64,000 nt of DNA, from positions 128,001 through 192,000 of the IMG/VR virus record IMGVR_UViG_3300023213_000432; one strand, given 5' to 3'. Shown one piece after another: positions 28,426-37,726 of this stretch (position 1 is its first letter; every line of letters starts with the position of its first letter). Made by a program: the position numbers and the translations under genes. The stretch comes from a virus (lineage: Duplodnaviria; Caudoviricetes). The notes below the pieces were generated by a model. It was not told the origin of the DNA, made no database searches, and was given only the letters and a program-made list of their open reading frames with translations.

Positions 28426-30324
28426 TTAGACACAGTCATAACCAGTTATAGTTACTGATTCAAGGGTTCCAGAAGCGCCCGCGGCTGCAAATTCTAAGGT
28501 CATGGCAGTTGCAGCGGAACCGACAATATTAAGACCGCTGATATTAAGGCTGCGAACGTCATTAGAGATAGCCGATAAATACTGGCTCCATAGAATAGTT
28601 CCGGTTCCTGTTACGCCATCACGCAAATTAACTAAAGTAGCAGCGTTGGTAGCAGTACCCGCAAAGCTAGCAGAAACGCTAGTGCAGACATGTCTAACAC
28701 CTGCCGCTCCTGCTGCCTTGGTTGCAGTCGCTTGAGTAGCCGCAGATGGTGTGCTAACTACTGTCCAGTTACCAGGTAACACAGTAAGTTCTGCGCCAGT
28801 GGAACTGAAAGCTGATAAATTAGCCGCTGCACCCGATCGAGCCCGATCCATATTGGTGCCATTGAATAACGCTGGATTTTCTGCCACGATATTAACCGCC
28901 GGCATAGCATCGGCAGTAGCAGAACGTTCAATGTAGTAGAGTTGTGATGCCGGATCATAAAGAGCTTCTTCTTCAATGCCGATACCATCTGGTAAGAAAC
29001 CGTTAGTGCCGGGGCCCAGTACCGAATGTTGATCCCATTCAACTGTCGAGTTTTGAGCGTGTGAAAATTGAGTTGCAATTTGGAGTGGAACAGTTGTAGA
29101 ACCAACAGTATAGGTTGCTGATACATAGTTGGTTTCTGGATTGGATCCAACTCGATCAAGAATAACTTTCTGTCCGGGAATTAGGGTAGTTGGCGCGCTA
29201 TTAAGCGTAAGAGTGGTGCTATTAGCAGCCAAAGGATTATTGGAAATAGTTCCGCTTCCCTTACCTTTAGCATTAACGTTACGGGCTCTATCGAATTGGA
29301 AACCAGAAAGCACGCTTCCATTTGCTAATGGGTTGCCATTCCATTCGTATTCAGCCGCAATTGCAGTACCGTTGCCAGAAGCACCATCAAGTTCGCCACC
29401 TGCGGAACGTTCTAATTCGGCTAAGTTGGCATTTGTGTTAAACAAATAAGTCATTGATGCTGACAAACCAGTCAAAGCAATGTTATTACCTGCACCAGCA
29501 TCGCGAGCAACGTTATAGTGAAACCAGCTAAGTGTTTCGTTGCCCGTATGGTTAGCTTTAAAGACGGCGGTAATTGAAGTGCCGCTTGGAACTGCACTGA
29601 CGAAAATGTTTTCTGGATTGGTTCCACCCACCGCGACATAATCACCAATTTTTATGTTTGTCGTGGATGTAACAGTAATAGTTTGGGGCGAGTTGCCGCC
29701 GGTGATAGCGCCTTGATTGATAGTTGTGCTAAAAGGTATTGCAAATTGAGAGCTACCAGCGGTAAGACCCGAGGCTGGCTGACCGTCAAACGCCGTTGAA
29801 CGTTGGCGATCATAGCCCCCTGAGTTAATACCGTTGAGATTAGAACACGGATTAAGAATAGCTGTTGGGCCCGATACATCTAATTGAAATGCCGTGCCAC
29901 TAGGGACTTGGTTATCAGCATTACGACCTTGCGTTGTGCCAACAACATTTACACCGTCTCCAATCTTGATTGGAATTGGGTTATTATTAGCAAGAACCGC
30001 ATTACCTTGCGATAATTGAACGGGAATAGGATTATTTGCTGCTAATACTGAACCACTTTGGGATAATTGACTTGGAATGGGATTGCTAGCAGATAACACT
30101 GCGTTGCTTTGAGATAGCTGAGCCGGAATAGGATTATTAGCTGCTAAAACTGCGTTGCTTTGGGACAATTGAGCTGGAAGTGGATTGGTCGCTGTAATAT
30201 CACCACCATCCGTATCCAAAGATCCAATACGAACCTTGATTACTGGAATTTTATACGCACCAATGTCCTCGGTTGCGATATTATCACCACCAGCTCCTGG
30301 ATTAATCCTTGTATTATCACTCAT
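28426..30324 (-). CDS. probable virion structural (tail/fibre-associated) protein
   Basis: 632 aa, A/G/T/N-rich; N-terminus MSDNTRINPGAGGDNIATEDIG recalled from phage structural proteins. Confidence 0.55.
   Translation of the reverse strand: MSDNTRINPGAGGDNIATEDIGAYKIPVIKVRIGSLDTDGGDITATNPLPAQLSQSNAVLAANNPIPAQLSQSNAVLSASNPIPSQLSQSGSVLAANNPIPVQLSQGNAVLANNNPIPIKIGDGVNVVGTTQGRNADNQVPSGTAFQLDVSGPTAILNPCSNLNGINSGGYDRQRSTAFDGQPASGLTAGSSQFAIPFSTTINQGAITGGNSPQTITVTSTTNIKIGDYVAVGGTNPENIFVSAVPSGTSITAVFKANHTGNETLSWFHYNVARDAGAGNNIALTGLSASMTYLFNTNANLAELERSAGGELDGASGNGTAIAAEYEWNGNPLANGSVLSGFQFDRARNVNAKGKGSGTISNNPLAANSTTLTLNSAPTTLIPGQKVILDRVGSNPETNYVSATYTVGSTTVPLQIATQFSHAQNSTVEWDQHSVLGPGTNGFLPDGIGIEEEALYDPASQLYYIERSATADAMPAVNIVAENPALFNGTNMDRARSGAAANLSAFSSTGAELTVLPGNWTVVSTPSAATQATATKAAGAAGVRHVCTSVSASFAGTATNAATLVNLRDGVTGTGTILWSQYLSAISNDVRSLNISGLNIVGSAATAMTLEFAAAGASGTLESVTITGYDCV
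29971..30186 (-). repeat. four 51-bp tandem repeats encoding NP(I/L)PxQLSQxxxVLxxx
   Basis: Repeat visible in DNA and in aa 47-118 of 28426..30324. Confidence 0.85.
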
Positions 30325-30390
30325 AATCTGTCCTTCTTGTTAGCAATTGTTTGAATTTTGCCCATATGGCAAAATGCGAATTTATGCCGA

Positions 30391-30699
30391 TTACTTAAGT
30401 CTCCCGCCCATCTGCCGATATACAAACATGGTAGTTCCATATGGCTCTTCTTGCTTTTTCCAGTAAGGCTTAACTGCCTTTTTAGCTTTTTCCCAAATGT
30501 GCTTATCCAGAACAGCAGGTGGAGGATTTAGTGGATTATCCCAATCTTTACTCATTTTGGCAAGATAAGCCCGATCTTCTTCATTCAGCCATGTTAGTTC
30601 ATCTGCTTTAACACTTTGAGGTTCATGTTGAGAATAGTGATATTCTGACACTTTAATTAGAAACTTTTCTGCCAATTTGAATATTTTTTCAAAACTCAT
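30391..30699 (-). CDS. hypothetical protein
   Basis: 102-aa ORF. Confidence 0.6.
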   Translation of the reverse strand: MSFEKIFKLAEKFLIKVSEYHYSQHEPQSVKADELTWLNEEDRAYLAKMSKDWDNPLNPPPAVLDKHIWEKAKKAVKPYWKKQEEPYGTTMFVYRQMGGRLK

Positions 30700-30715
30700 A
30701 ATTTGATGCCCAACT

Positions 30716-31036
30716 ATGGATAGTCAATTAACCTACACGTATCGCTTAAAATCTAAGGGAAGAGATTATTACGATGTTTATTCCTTTGGAGCCAGAGTCG
30801 TGCCTTGGGATGTCCCTAAAAATCTGTTAGATGTTCATATTGCTCATTATTCGGGAGATGGTACGAAATTAGCGATTACTAATTTTTGGGTTGATATTAC
30901 TGAGGACTTAACTATCCAATGGTTGCCTTATCGAAGAGTTGCGACTGATAGTGGCTATAATTATGATACCACCAACATTCCATCTGATGTCAAAGAATTC
31001 GCAGAGAGGATAGTCAAAAATTTAGCATTCTGGTGA
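30716..31036 (+). CDS. hypothetical protein
   Basis: 106-aa ORF ending IVKNLAFW. Confidence 0.6.
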   Translation: MDSQLTYTYRLKSKGRDYYDVYSFGARVVPWDVPKNLLDVHIAHYSGDGTKLAITNFWVDITEDLTIQWLPYRRVATDSGYNYDTTNIPSDVKEFAERIVKNLAFW

Positions 31037-31040
31037 AAAT

Positions 31041-31640
31041 ATGAAACAATTTATAATAGGGTCAGACGAAGTAGGTTATGGAAGTTATGCGGGGCCGATT
31101 GTTGTCTGTGCCATCAAAGCTTCTTTCGATTGGAAAATTGAAGGACTACGAGATAGCAAAAAACTTTCTCCCAAAAAACGAGAAGTTATATGTGAAAAAC
31201 TTAATGCTCTTATTGTCAATCAAGAAATCAAATTTGCTTTAGCTCAACGAGACAATCTTCATATCGATCGAGTAGGAATTGCAGTCGCTTTGAAGGAATG
31301 TTATGTGGAGTGTTTCCGTCAGCTTTATGATAAGCAGTCTTCTATTATTGTGGATGGCAATTTAAAGTTTAGTGGATTGGGAATTGATGATTACGACATC
31401 AAAAGTATAATTAAAGCAGACGATAGTGTTCCTATGGTGATGGCAGCCTCTTGTTGGGCCAAGGTATATCGTGATGCGTTATTAGTAAAACTTCATGAGC
31501 AATACCCTATCTATGATTGGAAGTCGAATAAGGGGTATGGCACTCCCAAGCACAAAGCAGCCTTAGAACAATATGGAGTCTCACCGTTTCACAGAATGAG
31601 CTACGCACCTATGAAAAATATGAAGCATGTTCAAAATTAA
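31041..31640 (+). CDS. rnhB: ribonuclease HII
   Basis: GSDEVGYG..GP, DSKKL, IVDG, IKAD..V.AAS..AKV.RD, NKGYGT..H. Confidence 0.92.
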   Translation: MKQFIIGSDEVGYGSYAGPIVVCAIKASFDWKIEGLRDSKKLSPKKREVICEKLNALIVNQEIKFALAQRDNLHIDRVGIAVALKECYVECFRQLYDKQSSIIVDGNLKFSGLGIDDYDIKSIIKADDSVPMVMAASCWAKVYRDALLVKLHEQYPIYDWKSNKGYGTPKHKAALEQYGVSPFHRMSYAPMKNMKHVQN

Positions 31641-32028
31641 ACAACTCAAAAATTTTACTAGTAAAGAAATCGCTCAAGTAAGCCGCCTTACTAACTATGC
31701 GGAAGATGGTGGCGGTAGTTATATGCTTCAAACTCAAATTAAAAAAAGAAAAGAGCGCCCAATTACTTGTGCAGTTCTTTATTATCGATGTGAGAAAATT
31801 ATTGGCTGGGCTACTGTAGAAAAAAATTGTGGCGATGTTTTGTATTGTGTTTTTGTGGCACCCGTATATCGTCGCAAAGGAATCGGTAGTAAGTTGCTTA
31901 AAAAGGCTAAAGAAATTGCCAAAATTCGGTTTCCTTTAGCATATTCGTCACCTATAGCGTGGCCGTGGGATGATAGGGGAAGAACTTTTTATGTTAAGAC
32001 TTTCAAGGATAAAATTGAATTTTGTTAG
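31627..32028 (+). CDS. GNAT family acetyltransferase
   Basis: VFVAPVYRRKGIGSKLL acetyl-CoA motif A. Confidence 0.8.
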   Translation: MFKIKQLKNFTSKEIAQVSRLTNYAEDGGGSYMLQTQIKKRKERPITCAVLYYRCEKIIGWATVEKNCGDVLYCVFVAPVYRRKGIGSKLLKKAKEIAKIRFPLAYSSPIAWPWDDRGRTFYVKTFKDKIEFC

Positions 32029-32038
32029 GAAATAATAG

Positions 32039-32317
32039 ATGTTGAATAAAATAAGAAATCGAAAGTCTATTCGCAAACCATGTCCTTGCGGCGGATTATG
32101 TGAATGTCATCTGCCTATCCAAGAAAATTGGACGCCATGGCTATTTGCTTTGATACCTTTTGCGGTGCTAATACTTGTATCTTGGTGGGTTAGTACTCTT
32201 CCATCAGCGCCACATTATATCGAAGTTAACGGACAAATGTGTCAAATCCAATTCAAACAAACCGGAATTACTAGTACTGGCATGCCAGTAGGACACGATA
32301 TAGCGGTGTGTAGATGA
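32039..32317 (+). CDS. small membrane protein
   Basis: Single hydrophobic helix, Cys cluster. Confidence 0.5.
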   Translation: MLNKIRNRKSIRKPCPCGGLCECHLPIQENWTPWLFALIPFAVLILVSWWVSTLPSAPHYIEVNGQMCQIQFKQTGITSTGMPVGHDIAVCR

Positions 32318-33073
32318 TTAAATGAATTTGCGTCGCTTGAGAAACTTTCTGACCGCACCATGCGTGCAATTAAGTTGGCGAGCAACCTTAACTACACCAA
32401 TCTTATTGATCATTTCTAATAGTTCTTTAGGTTCTGGCCAAGAAATTTTCTTTTTAGGTCGCGGATCATATTGAATGTCGGTTAAATGAGACCATGTCCT
32501 TCCTTGTAGAATGGCATAAATAGCATTAATTTTCATATCGAAATGATCCGCTATTTCTTGACGTCTCATTCCGCTTTGCGCTAATTTGACAATCTCTAAA
32601 ACCTGTTCTTCAGTTAGTTTAGCCATTTTGTGTTTTGATCCGGCATCAAAACTACTCGAAGTGCGTATATTGGTTCCTTTTAACCATGGTATGTGTCCCG
32701 CTTTGAATTCTGTTGCTGGAGAAAAATGTTTACCCTTTCTAGCTTTTGAAAGTTTCCTTTTGGTTTCCTCAGTCATGGGCGACTTGTTTCCGCCCGTCCT
32801 GATATTATAGCCTTTGATTGGGTTTCTCGTGTCCAATAAACCAATCCAGAATTCTTCAGCAATATCCACTTCTTTCTGAGTTTGCCATGTTTCTATTGGC
32901 GTAAAGGAGAAGTTAATGATTTGATATTTTTTGAGAGCCCGACTGACAATCAGAGGTGGATTTTTCATCCGAGCATCGCTTTTGTGGCGTTTCCAGCGAT
33001 TCTTTAAATTTTCGGTTTGTCCAACGTATCGTTTGCCGTTGAGTGTATTTCGGATGACGTAGATATAATGCAT
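32318..33073 (-). CDS. GIY-YIG homing endonuclease with NUMOD3/HTH domains
   Basis: HYIYVIRN..RYVGQT..R; MTEETKRKLSKARKGK; KLTEEQVLEI. Confidence 0.85.
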   Translation of the reverse strand: MHYIYVIRNTLNGKRYVGQTENLKNRWKRHKSDARMKNPPLIVSRALKKYQIINFSFTPIETWQTQKEVDIAEEFWIGLLDTRNPIKGYNIRTGGNKSPMTEETKRKLSKARKGKHFSPATEFKAGHIPWLKGTNIRTSSSFDAGSKHKMAKLTEEQVLEIVKLAQSGMRRQEIADHFDMKINAIYAILQGRTWSHLTDIQYDPRPKKKISWPEPKELLEMINKIGVVKVARQLNCTHGAVRKFLKRRKFI

Positions 33074-33110
33074 ATCTACTATATATCATTACACCAATGG
33101 TTTCAACGAA

Positions 33111-34046
33111 TTACAACTGTGTCCAGTTGTTTCCGTCCCATTGCCAAGTATCAGACAACGGATTTGTGAGGTCATTTCCGCCCATTAAGATAACTTTACC
33201 CGATCCATTAGGATCCATACTCAACTGGGCTCCGACGCGACCTGATGGGCTATTGGTTGGGGACTTTTTAGTCCAGTTGGTTCCGTCGAATATCCAAGTT
33301 TCAGGCGGACGAAGACCGAAATTATCTCGACCCCCAAACAAAACGAAGCTTTTATTGACGGTGTCATAGGTCATAGCACATTCTGCGCGAACTGATGGAG
33401 ATGTGGTTGGAGAAAGCTGTGTCCATTGATTGGTAGCATCAATTTTCCAAGTATCATTCAAGAAACTGTTGCTGTTAGATCCCCCAAACATTAAAACATA
33501 GTTTAGCTGTCCGCCACCGGAAATGCCGCCCGCTATCATATGGTTGATGCGAACTGATGGTGATGTAGTTGGAGAAAGTTGTGTCCAAACAGATCCGTTC
33601 CAATTCCAAGTATCATTCAAGAAATTGAGTATATTGCTTCCACCGAACATAATGGTTCCAGTAGCGGGGCTGTATGCCAATTCATGTTTGAAGCGTCCGA
33701 AAGGCGAACCAGAGAAAGCGCCACCCACTCTTGACCAAACGGATCCGTTCCAAGTCCATGTATCCGATAAAACTCCTGCAGTTTCACTTTGTCCCCGACC
33801 TCCAAACAAAACAATGTTAGTGCCGTCAAAAGACATACCGAAATCGAGACGAAGCGGAAGAGGCCCGTTAGGATCGATTTGAGAAGTTGAGACTTGTGTC
33901 CAATCAGTTCCAGACCATGTGTAGGTCATATTCAAATAGTTAGCTTCACCCGGATAATTACCGGTATTCAATAACATAACTATACCGGTTTGACCTTTGT
34001 TGGTCATCGAAGAGTGGCTACATGCTAGTGGGCTATGTGCGGGCAT
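33111..34046 (-). CDS. Kelch-type beta-propeller protein (paralog of 27388..28413)
   Basis: Repeated FGG..DTW.W.G..W.QL.P..SPS.R. Confidence 0.85.
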   Translation of the reverse strand: MPAHSPLACSHSSMTNKGQTGIVMLLNTGNYPGEANYLNMTYTWSGTDWTQVSTSQIDPNGPLPLRLDFGMSFDGTNIVLFGGRGQSETAGVLSDTWTWNGSVWSRVGGAFSGSPFGRFKHELAYSPATGTIMFGGSNILNFLNDTWNWNGSVWTQLSPTTSPSVRINHMIAGGISGGGQLNYVLMFGGSNSNSFLNDTWKIDATNQWTQLSPTTSPSVRAECAMTYDTVNKSFVLFGGRDNFGLRPPETWIFDGTNWTKKSPTNSPSGRVGAQLSMDPNGSGKVILMGGNDLTNPLSDTWQWDGNNWTQL

Positions 34047-34149
34047 TGAGTTTCTCCAAAAAAAGTGGGGACTATCGTAATCCTATACTTAATAATTGAT
34101 AGATTTTAGATAGCTAAAATTAGGGATAAGATGATATTTTACAAAGTGC

Positions 34150-34225
34150 GCGTCAGTAGTTCAATTGGTAGAATATCGCGCTTCCAACGCGAGGGTTGTG
34201 GGATCGTGCCCCACTTGACGCTCCA
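34150..34225 (+). tRNA. tRNA-Gly (TCC)
   Basis: Acceptor GCGTCAG/TTGACGC, U73, CCA; anticodon stem TCGCG/CGCGA with loop CTTCCAA; T loop ATCGTGC. Confidence 0.88.
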
Positions 34226-34230
34226 ATTCA

Positions 34231-34298
34231 GCGAGCATAATTCAGGAGTAGAATCCCGGTGACGGATAACGTTGGTGCAAATCCAACTGCTCGCTCTA
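34231..34298 (+). ncRNA. tRNA-like RNA lacking an anticodon loop
   Basis: Acceptor GCGAGCA/TGCTCGC, D stem ATTC/GAAT and T stem GTTGG/CCAAC all pair fully, but the anticodon arm is CCG-GTGA-CGG. Confidence 0.7.
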
Positions 34299-34301
34299 AT
34301 G

Positions 34302-35024
34302 TTACCTTCGATACCACTCGCTTTTGACTTCTGCTTTTTTCTCTGGGCTAACTTTCCATCCAAATATTTGCTGAATATTACCTGATTGACGAACAATCAT
34401 GTATCCGCCCGGTGTCATACTGAATGGAACACTTAGCAATTGCAAGTAATCAAACGGAGCGTCCGTGGCTTGGGCTTGCGGATTAAACCATGTTGGCAAA
34501 ACGAAGTTAGAAACTAATACCAGAGTGCCGTCACCTAAATCAATAGTATAGGAATTTGCTTCCACTGGATCGCACAATTCCAGCGCGTATTCAGTGTAAG
34601 TTTGCCCATCAGCAGCTACCACTCCTGGCCCGTCTGCCCAAAAGTTAACATAATAATCGCCAACCATTTCGCATATTTCGTGGCTCAATACAGACGAAAC
34701 GCTGATGTTTTGTGGGTTAGTAGAATCATAGAGAACAACTCCTCCATTATCTAAAACTGGTTGAGCAAAAATGAAGCCATCTACCACATCATTATCTTCG
34801 GAATGATATCCTAATGCTCCCGCTTGAGTAGTATTGTCTAAGATGCTAACAATCCATGCGCCCGCTGGAATCAAAGTTTGATCTGCGTAAAATGTAATGG
34901 TGCCAGATTGTTGATTCCACGCCGGAAGCACATGCGAAGTAAGTTGAATTTGCACCGCTTGACACATAGAGTTTGCTTGATCATCGGAAATTAAAGTTGA
35001 TTGGTTGATAACAGCGATAAGCAT
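34302..35024 (-). CDS. zincin-like metallopeptidase domain protein
   Basis: ALGYH..., SHEICEMVGD, E.CDPVE. Confidence 0.65.
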   Translation of the reverse strand: MLIAVINQSTLISDDQANSMCQAVQIQLTSHVLPAWNQQSGTITFYADQTLIPAGAWIVSILDNTTQAGALGYHSEDNDVVDGFIFAQPVLDNGGVVLYDSTNPQNISVSSVLSHEICEMVGDYYVNFWADGPGVVAADGQTYTEYALELCDPVEANSYTIDLGDGTLVLVSNFVLPTWFNPQAQATDAPFDYLQLLSVPFSMTPGGYMIVRQSGNIQQIFGWKVSPEKKAEVKSEWYRR

Positions 35025-35070
35025 ATTTGTCTCCTATTCTCGTTGAATATAAAAAAATATGCGCAGGCTC

Positions 35071-35099
35071 TTGACAATTTTTATATTGAAGGTTAGTTT
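35071..35099 (+). promoter_or_regulatory. sigma70-like promoter
   Basis: TTGACA-N17-TAGTTT upstream of tsf. Confidence 0.5.
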
Positions 35100-35102
35100 G
35101 AA

Positions 35103-35993
35103 GTGAGAAAAATCATGAATAATTCCGATCTGATTAGAAAATTAAGATATTTGACAGCTGCGGGGATGAAGGATTGTGCCGATGCTTTAAAAGAAGCAGA
35201 TGATAATCTTCAAAAAGCCATCGATATTCTCAAAATTAAAGGGAAAAATATCGCCTCTGAACGAGAAGATAAGGCGGCGTCTGAAGGAAAAATTAAAGTT
35301 TTATCAAAAGATGATACTTTAATCGTTATGGTAGAATGCAATTGTCAAACTGATTTCACCGCTCGAAGTCCCGAATTTGATGGTTTTGTTACATATGTTG
35401 CTCGGAAATTATTCGAGAGAATTGAAAAGAATGAAGTTTTTACCGTGGAAGATGTGGAAGAAAGACGACAAGAATTAATAATATCTACCAAAGAAAATAT
35501 TGTGGTGCGTCGGTGGTGGACAGAACAAGCCTTTGCCGATAATGCTGGTGTTTTCCGTTATGTTCATAATAATGGAAAAATTGGCGTTCTTTTAACTTTG
35601 TTAGCTCCTTCGGAAACAGTAGAGAATAGCAAAGAATTTGAGCATCTAGGAGATGATTTGGCCATGCAGATAGCGGGCATGAATCCATTGGTGATTTCTC
35701 GTGACCATTTAGAGCCAGCAACCGTGGAACGACAAAAGGATATTTTTGAAAGCCAACTAATGGAGATGAAAAAGCCGCCAGCTGCTTGGGCTAAGATTAT
35801 TGATGGAAAAATGAATAAATGGTATTCTGAAGTCTGTTTGTTGGATCAAGAAAGCGTTGTGACTTCAAAAACCTCAATTCAACAAGTTATAGATAAAGTA
35901 AATAAAGATATTAAAGTTGTTAATTTCATCCGCGCAGTTGTCGGGGAAGAAATTGATCAAAAAGAAAGCAACTTATCAAACGAAGTTGCTTAA
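35103..35993 (+). CDS. tsf: translation elongation factor Ts
   Basis: LR..T.AGM.DC..AL.E....L.KA...L..KG; ECNCQTDFTAR; YVH..GKIGV; LAMQIA.MNP; LLDQ. Confidence 0.92.
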   Translation: MRKIMNNSDLIRKLRYLTAAGMKDCADALKEADDNLQKAIDILKIKGKNIASEREDKAASEGKIKVLSKDDTLIVMVECNCQTDFTARSPEFDGFVTYVARKLFERIEKNEVFTVEDVEERRQELIISTKENIVVRRWWTEQAFADNAGVFRYVHNNGKIGVLLTLLAPSETVENSKEFEHLGDDLAMQIAGMNPLVISRDHLEPATVERQKDIFESQLMEMKKPPAAWAKIIDGKMNKWYSEVCLLDQESVVTSKTSIQQVIDKVNKDIKVVNFIRAVVGEEIDQKESNLSNEVA

Positions 35994-35998
35994 ACGTT

Positions 35999-36301
35999 AT
36001 GAAAGGAAAAAATAAAATGAATACTGAACAATTAATTAATAAACTTACCAAAGCTATTTCCTTCCAATTTAAGGAAGATAAAACGGCGCCCGGACTTACC
36101 ATTGCAGCTCTTAAAAAGGGATATTATTGTAGTGTGGTGCGCTATAATGGAGCCTTTGCCAAGGATAAGATTGTCTTTTGCCATGCCAAAGGAAAGACCA
36201 TGGATGAGGCGCTCAAAGTGGTAGCCGCCCAATTTTTGAAATCTTCGGTGAAAAAGAATCCTGTTAAAGAATTAAACGATTTGGTCAAGACATCCAAGTA
36301 A
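35999..36301 (+). CDS. hypothetical protein (likely start 36017)
   Basis: AAGGA RBS before ATG 36017. Confidence 0.6.
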   Translation: MKGKNKMNTEQLINKLTKAISFQFKEDKTAPGLTIAALKKGYYCSVVRYNGAFAKDKIVFCHAKGKTMDEALKVVAAQFLKSSVKKNPVKELNDLVKTSK

Positions 36302-36317
36302 TCTTATTTTCATAAAA

Positions 36318-36650
36318 ATGTTTAAATTCTTTGAATGGAAATATCTAGGTTATGATCCAAAAACAGATCAGTATCGATCCGAAATCACTATCGTGGATGA
36401 TGATTTTACCGAAACCCTCGTCGCCGCCTCCCCAATCGGCGGCGAAGCCGTTGTTCCACCCGCCACCACCGCCTTAATCGATATTTATTCTCGAAGAAAT
36501 CTCAATGTGGCTGGTAATCTCGTGTTGTTGATGCAAGATATAGAAAGTAAATGGCTAGACATTAAACTACAAATCGAATATTATCAAAAATATATTCCTG
36601 AATATTCAAAATATCACGATCAAGTAATGGGTTATCTAATATTCACATGA
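36318..36650 (+). CDS. dispersed paralog family protein, copy 6
   Basis: Family motifs. Confidence 0.85.
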   Translation: MFKFFEWKYLGYDPKTDQYRSEITIVDDDFTETLVAASPIGGEAVVPPATTALIDIYSRRNLNVAGNLVLLMQDIESKWLDIKLQIEYYQKYIPEYSKYHDQVMGYLIFT

Positions 36651-37162
36651 GTCTGCAAGATAAAAAACGCCTCAAGCGGATTAAAAATGACGTCATTGAG
36701 CGAGATGGAATGATTTGTTGCTACTGCGATACTGTATTGACACTCGAAACATTAACACTTGATCATATCGTTCCTGATAGCAAACGAGGAACTTTCAATT
36801 CCACTAATTTGACAGTTTCTTGTAAAACCTGCAATAATAATCGCGGGAACAAGCCATTCTTTGAATATTGTAAAAAATTCAAATTTTCCGAAGATAAAAT
36901 TAATAAGTATAAGCGACTGTATTTTAATAACCTTAAAATCAAAGTATTGAATATTGCTAAGGAAGAATGTTTAAAGAGTGATTGTGCCATTCCTAAAAAA
37001 TTGATTAATAAAGCTTGCCAGATTTTGAAAATCAAACCTATCTCGTTTGCAAATTATGAGAAGGAATACCCATTGAATATTGATTTTTCCACTTCATGTC
37101 GGAGACGGGAAATTAAATTTTGTTTTGAGCAATTAATAAGGATTATAGAAGTGGATACGTAG
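36647..37162 (+). CDS. HNH endonuclease (McrA-like)
   Basis: RDG..CCYC..TLDHIVP..NL..SCKTCNNNRG. Confidence 0.85.
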   Translation: MSLQDKKRLKRIKNDVIERDGMICCYCDTVLTLETLTLDHIVPDSKRGTFNSTNLTVSCKTCNNNRGNKPFFEYCKKFKFSEDKINKYKRLYFNNLKIKVLNIAKEECLKSDCAIPKKLINKACQILKIKPISFANYEKEYPLNIDFSTSCRRREIKFCFEQLIRIIEVDT

Positions 37163-37170
37163 GAGAGAAA

Positions 37171-37714
37171 ATGGATATTAAACCTTTAAGAGATCATGTT
37201 GTCGTAGTGAACTACCTTTGCCTAAGGGCAAAAGCTTCGCGTTTCATTGACCTAATACTACTAGCGCCTCACCGCGTTTTTGTTTAATGTCCGACTATAT
37301 TCCGTAACCAGACAGGTTTTCATTACGCTATTATGACTTGGTTTTCGTCAATCTTAGCTTAATGTTATATATCACCATATGCGTACTTTTGTTAAAATAT
37401 TTTTGAGAAAACGCATTCATCTCTCGCCTAAAGGCGAGAGTCTTCTGCTATCAATCATGATAAAAGATGCTGCCCCCGATAAAATAGCGGGAGGATTATT
37501 ATATAAGCCCGATATTGTGGAGGAAGAATTTATTACCGGAACTGTGGTGGCTATTGGTTCTGGTAAAATTGCTGCAGACGGTTCTACCGTTCATTTGGAA
37601 ATATCCATTGGTGACAAGATTGTTTTCAATAGACATGCACCAGTTAAATTGAAAATCAAAGATCAAGACTATTTAGTTCTGCGCGAAGATCAGGTATTGT
37701 GCATTTTGCCATGA
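37171..37714 (+). pseudogene. groES: co-chaperonin GroES interrupted after codon 12
   Basis: AGGAG-ATG MDIKPLRDHVVV (37171-37206), then a 250-bp insertion, then (M)IKDAAPDKIAGGLL..GTVVAIGSG..GDKIVF..LRE..VL; excision restores the frame. Confidence 0.85.
37207..37456 (-). mobile_element. non-autonomous TnpB-type IS200/IS605 element (nuclease gene deleted, both ends kept)
   Basis: Minus strand: TCAT|GATTGATAGCAGAAGACTCTCGCCTTTAGGCGAGAGATGAATGCGT ... GAAGCTTTTGCCCTTAGGCAAAGGTAGTTCAC; left end resembles 63263-63306. Confidence 0.8.
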
Positions 37715-37726
37715 TATAGTTAAGTA

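Noticed and set aside
37207-37456. Group I intron / IStron in groES
   Set aside because: Only 250 bp, bounded by IS hairpins, with no recognisable P3-P7 core; splicing is not formally excluded.
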